From: Mobula hypostoma | Taxonomy: Eukaryota | Direction of reading: 5' to 3' | Assembly (NCBI RefSeq): GCF_963921235.1 | Contig: NC_086106.1 | Coordinates: forward strand, 22,940,001-23,004,000 | Length of the DNA stretch: 64,000 bases | In this document: in pieces, positions 61,601-64,000 of the stretch | Numbering within the stretch: the stretch's first letter is position 1 | Layout: every line of letters begins with the position of its first letter | Made by a program: the position numbers and the translations under genes | The notes under the pieces: generated by a model | Told to the model about the DNA's origin: nothing | The model's input: only the letters and a program-made list of their open reading frames with translations | The model's database searches: none

Positions 61601-62432
61601 CCTTCTTAACTCCCTATATTCTCCTTTCAGGACTCCTCCCGTTTTCTCACCTATGTCACTGGTACCTAAATGTACCACGACGTCTGGCTCCTCTCCATCA
61701 GACTTTGGGATATCTTGGACGCGATCAGAAAAAATCCCCGACCCTGGAACCAATGAGGCAAACTGCCATCCGTGTCTTCGGAGTGCGTCCACAGAATCGC
61801 CTACCTGAACCTCTAACTATCGAGTCCAATATTACTACGGCCGACCTCTTCTTTTCCCGACCCTCTGAGCTACAGTGCCGGAGTCTGTGCCGGAGGCAAG
61901 GGCACTGTTGCTTTCCCCGGTAAGGTTCCGCACCCCCCCCCCCCAACAGTTCTCAAACAGGGCTACGTATTGTCAAGGGGCACATCCACTGGGGTACTGT
62001 CTATTACGGGACTCTTGCTCTTCCCCATCCTAACGGTGACCGACTTCTCTGCCTCCCGTGCCCCCTGTGTGACCACCTGCCTGTAAATCTTCTCAATCAA
62101 CTCCTCCCTCTCCCTGGTCAGACGAAGTTAATCGAGCTGCACCTCGAGTTCTCTAACGCGGTCCCTTAGGAGCTGCCTCTAGGCCCACATGGCGAGATGT
62201 GGAGGTCAGGGAGGCTGGGAGACTCCAGGACCTCCCACATCCGGCACTGAGGACAACAAGCTGCCCTCACACTCATACTTACCCCTCTCCTCAAATAATA
62301 ACAAACAAATGAATACCAAACTTTCCTCGCCTCTCCTGTTTCTGCCTAAGCCCGTTGAGCCAAAGCCCTTGAGCCTTCACTCTGCTCCCAGCTCACTCCG
62401 CTGCCCACTGTATAAGGCTCTGTTCCTTTTAA

Positions 62433-62600
62433 ATCTTCAGTGTTGGCATGGTGTTACGTAATATTCCGGCAGGTTTGTAATTCAATGTTCAGCATTGTTC
62501 AGAGCAGTGCCTTAAACAAACAACAATCTAATATTGAGATTTACTTTGCTTTCCCAGATGATATCCATGGGGATATATCATATAATATACCATTCGGATC
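62433..62600 (+). pseudogene. Possible leader/intron/V-exon-start relic next to the CR1 5' end
   Basis: ...MVLRNIPA(G), phase-1 donor GTTTGT (62473), 85-bp intron, acceptor ctttgctttcccag, then DDIHGD (cf. GHSRGD and GTSHGN). Downstream sequence is not V-like. Confidence 0.3.
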
Positions 62601-64000
62601 AGGCGTCGTTCTACTTCGCCTTATCTCTCACTTGTGCATACCAAAGTTCCCGTTAAATTTTGAATTAGTTTCTTGCACTAGATTGATTTTTTTTCTGACT
62701 TTCTCCATTCTTGACACAACATGGTATGAAAGAATAAAAAAGCATTTATTCCTTAACAAAGCGTTTGATCATGGCTAGAATGAAGAACACATAAAACTGC
62801 CTCTCGAACTGTGATATTACCGGTCACATCAGTTTATCACTTTTCAGTAAACCTGCTCATTTCAGACCATGTTTGATGAATATATGTTCATTAACTGTAT
62901 TAAAGTTGATTACAATAATTTCTAGCATTACGTTTTGTTGGAATGGTGTAGCTAATACTCAATCGAAAGTTCAGACATCGTACCTACGACAACACAATGA
63001 AAACCGCACTTTAGCAATGGTAAAGCTCAGATAACAAAATGCATATACCATATACCCATGGTTGGATTACAAAGAACGTAAATATAGATTTCATGAAACA
63101 ACCATATGCAAAGTTACAGCCACGATGAACTTAAGAGCAACCAATGCATTATAATTTTGATAATCTGCGGACACTTGTGATCAAATTGTAGCAGGAAAAG
63201 TGTACCGTTGCCAGGATCTAAATTCTCCCTGAACTCATGAAATCACAAGGGTGTTGTCGCGTTTAGAAAATTACGGTGATAGATGACGATTGCGCCTGCT
63301 TGCCTGCAGCGTCTAGAAATGTAGAGTAAACACACGGAACTCTATCAGATAAGGTCGGATAAAACGAAACGTCGTGAAAATGCATTTGCATTACTTGCAC
63401 ATCTTGGATGAAAAGGAAGAAAGTGTACTATTAAGTTGTGAGAAACAAACTTAAAGGAGAACTGCAACACAAATGTGTTTTTTATATATATATATATATC
63501 TGCAAACGGCGTGGTTGATATCCCTAAGTCACAATCAGTGATAGTGATATGAACGGGTGCAATTACCGTAGTTTGGGTGGTAAGTTTGACAACGGACAGA
63601 AGGTGTATATAGAACGTCGGAAGATGGAATTGTAATGGATGACATAAACATGTTTATCCGTTCATGATGGGCTGACGTTGTCCATTTCCTTAAGGTAGTT
63701 TGTTTGAACTCTAAGAATCACGACATGTGCTCAATTCGTTTTTGTACAATGAAATATTGAAACATTCTGAAGCCGACGTAGAATGAAGTAAAAGTATAGA
63801 ACTTGATCTGTGCAATTTATCTATTCAACATAGTCAGCGATGGTTGGTTTTCCTCCTAAAGACAGCAACAAACCACTAGCTTTGGACTTTATATAAAAAA
63901 AAAACAACTCCGTTTTTTTTTCAGTACGAGATCATATGAAGTAATTTCTGATCCCCCCATCTTTGCCTTTCAGTCTTACATGCAGCTGAACTTTTGATCT

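Larger units (their letters stand above)
57570..62440 (-). mobile_element. Near-full-length CR1 (5' UTR, ORF1 SGNH esterase, APE, RT), interrupted by a Penelope insertion
   Basis: ORF1 AVVILDSIVRG, VVVHLGTSDI, LDHW and DRLHLN (61247-61946); APE LIGVYYRP/VGYFNFP; RT YRPVSLTS, VYMDFSKAFD and KYADDTK; C-terminus at 57676-57920. Confidence 0.92.

Noticed and set aside
63384-63391. Ig octamer ATTTGCAT (also at 6701)
   Set aside because: About two occurrences are expected by chance; no leader or V exon follows.
1-64000. CRISPR array or prokaryotic operon
   Set aside because: No regularly spaced short direct repeats with unique spacers; content is vertebrate (spliceosomal introns, RSS, LINEs).

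Overview
Eukaryotic, repeat-dense genomic DNA, most likely from a cartilaginous fish (inferred from the mix of CR1, Penelope, Rex/Babar and Gmr1-type Gypsy families). It appears to lie inside the V-segment array of a T-cell receptor alpha/delta-type locus. Two clear V exons carry 23-bp-spacer recombination signals: 426-771 (+) and 44585-45075 (-). Both look defective. Four more heavily decayed V-like or leader relics occur in mixed orientation. Most of the window is transposon-derived: many CR1 LINEs (three long copies retaining ORF1 sequence), and three Gmr1-type Gypsy proviruses with integrase upstream of RT, a tRNA-Pro-like PBS in two of them, and a shared RT/RNase H deletion. There is also a solo LTR with a 4-bp TSD, Penelope-like elements carrying minimal hammerhead ribozyme motifs (including a head-to-head inverted insertion with a target-site duplication), Rex/Babar, L2 and L1 relics, and SINEs. 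Two fossils stand out: an ERV-L-like (class III) retroviral pol and a nearly full-length HERO-like (R2-superfamily, RLE) retrotransposon. A ~8-kb tandem duplication (28433-44344) has assembly gaps at homologous positions. No intact host protein-coding gene, rRNA, tRNA gene or CRISPR array was found. I did not find a wholly new biological system; the best leads are the ribozymes, the two fossils, the non-autonomous Gypsy lineage and the decayed V segments. All family assignments are by motif recognition by eye, and boundaries of degraded elements are approximate.
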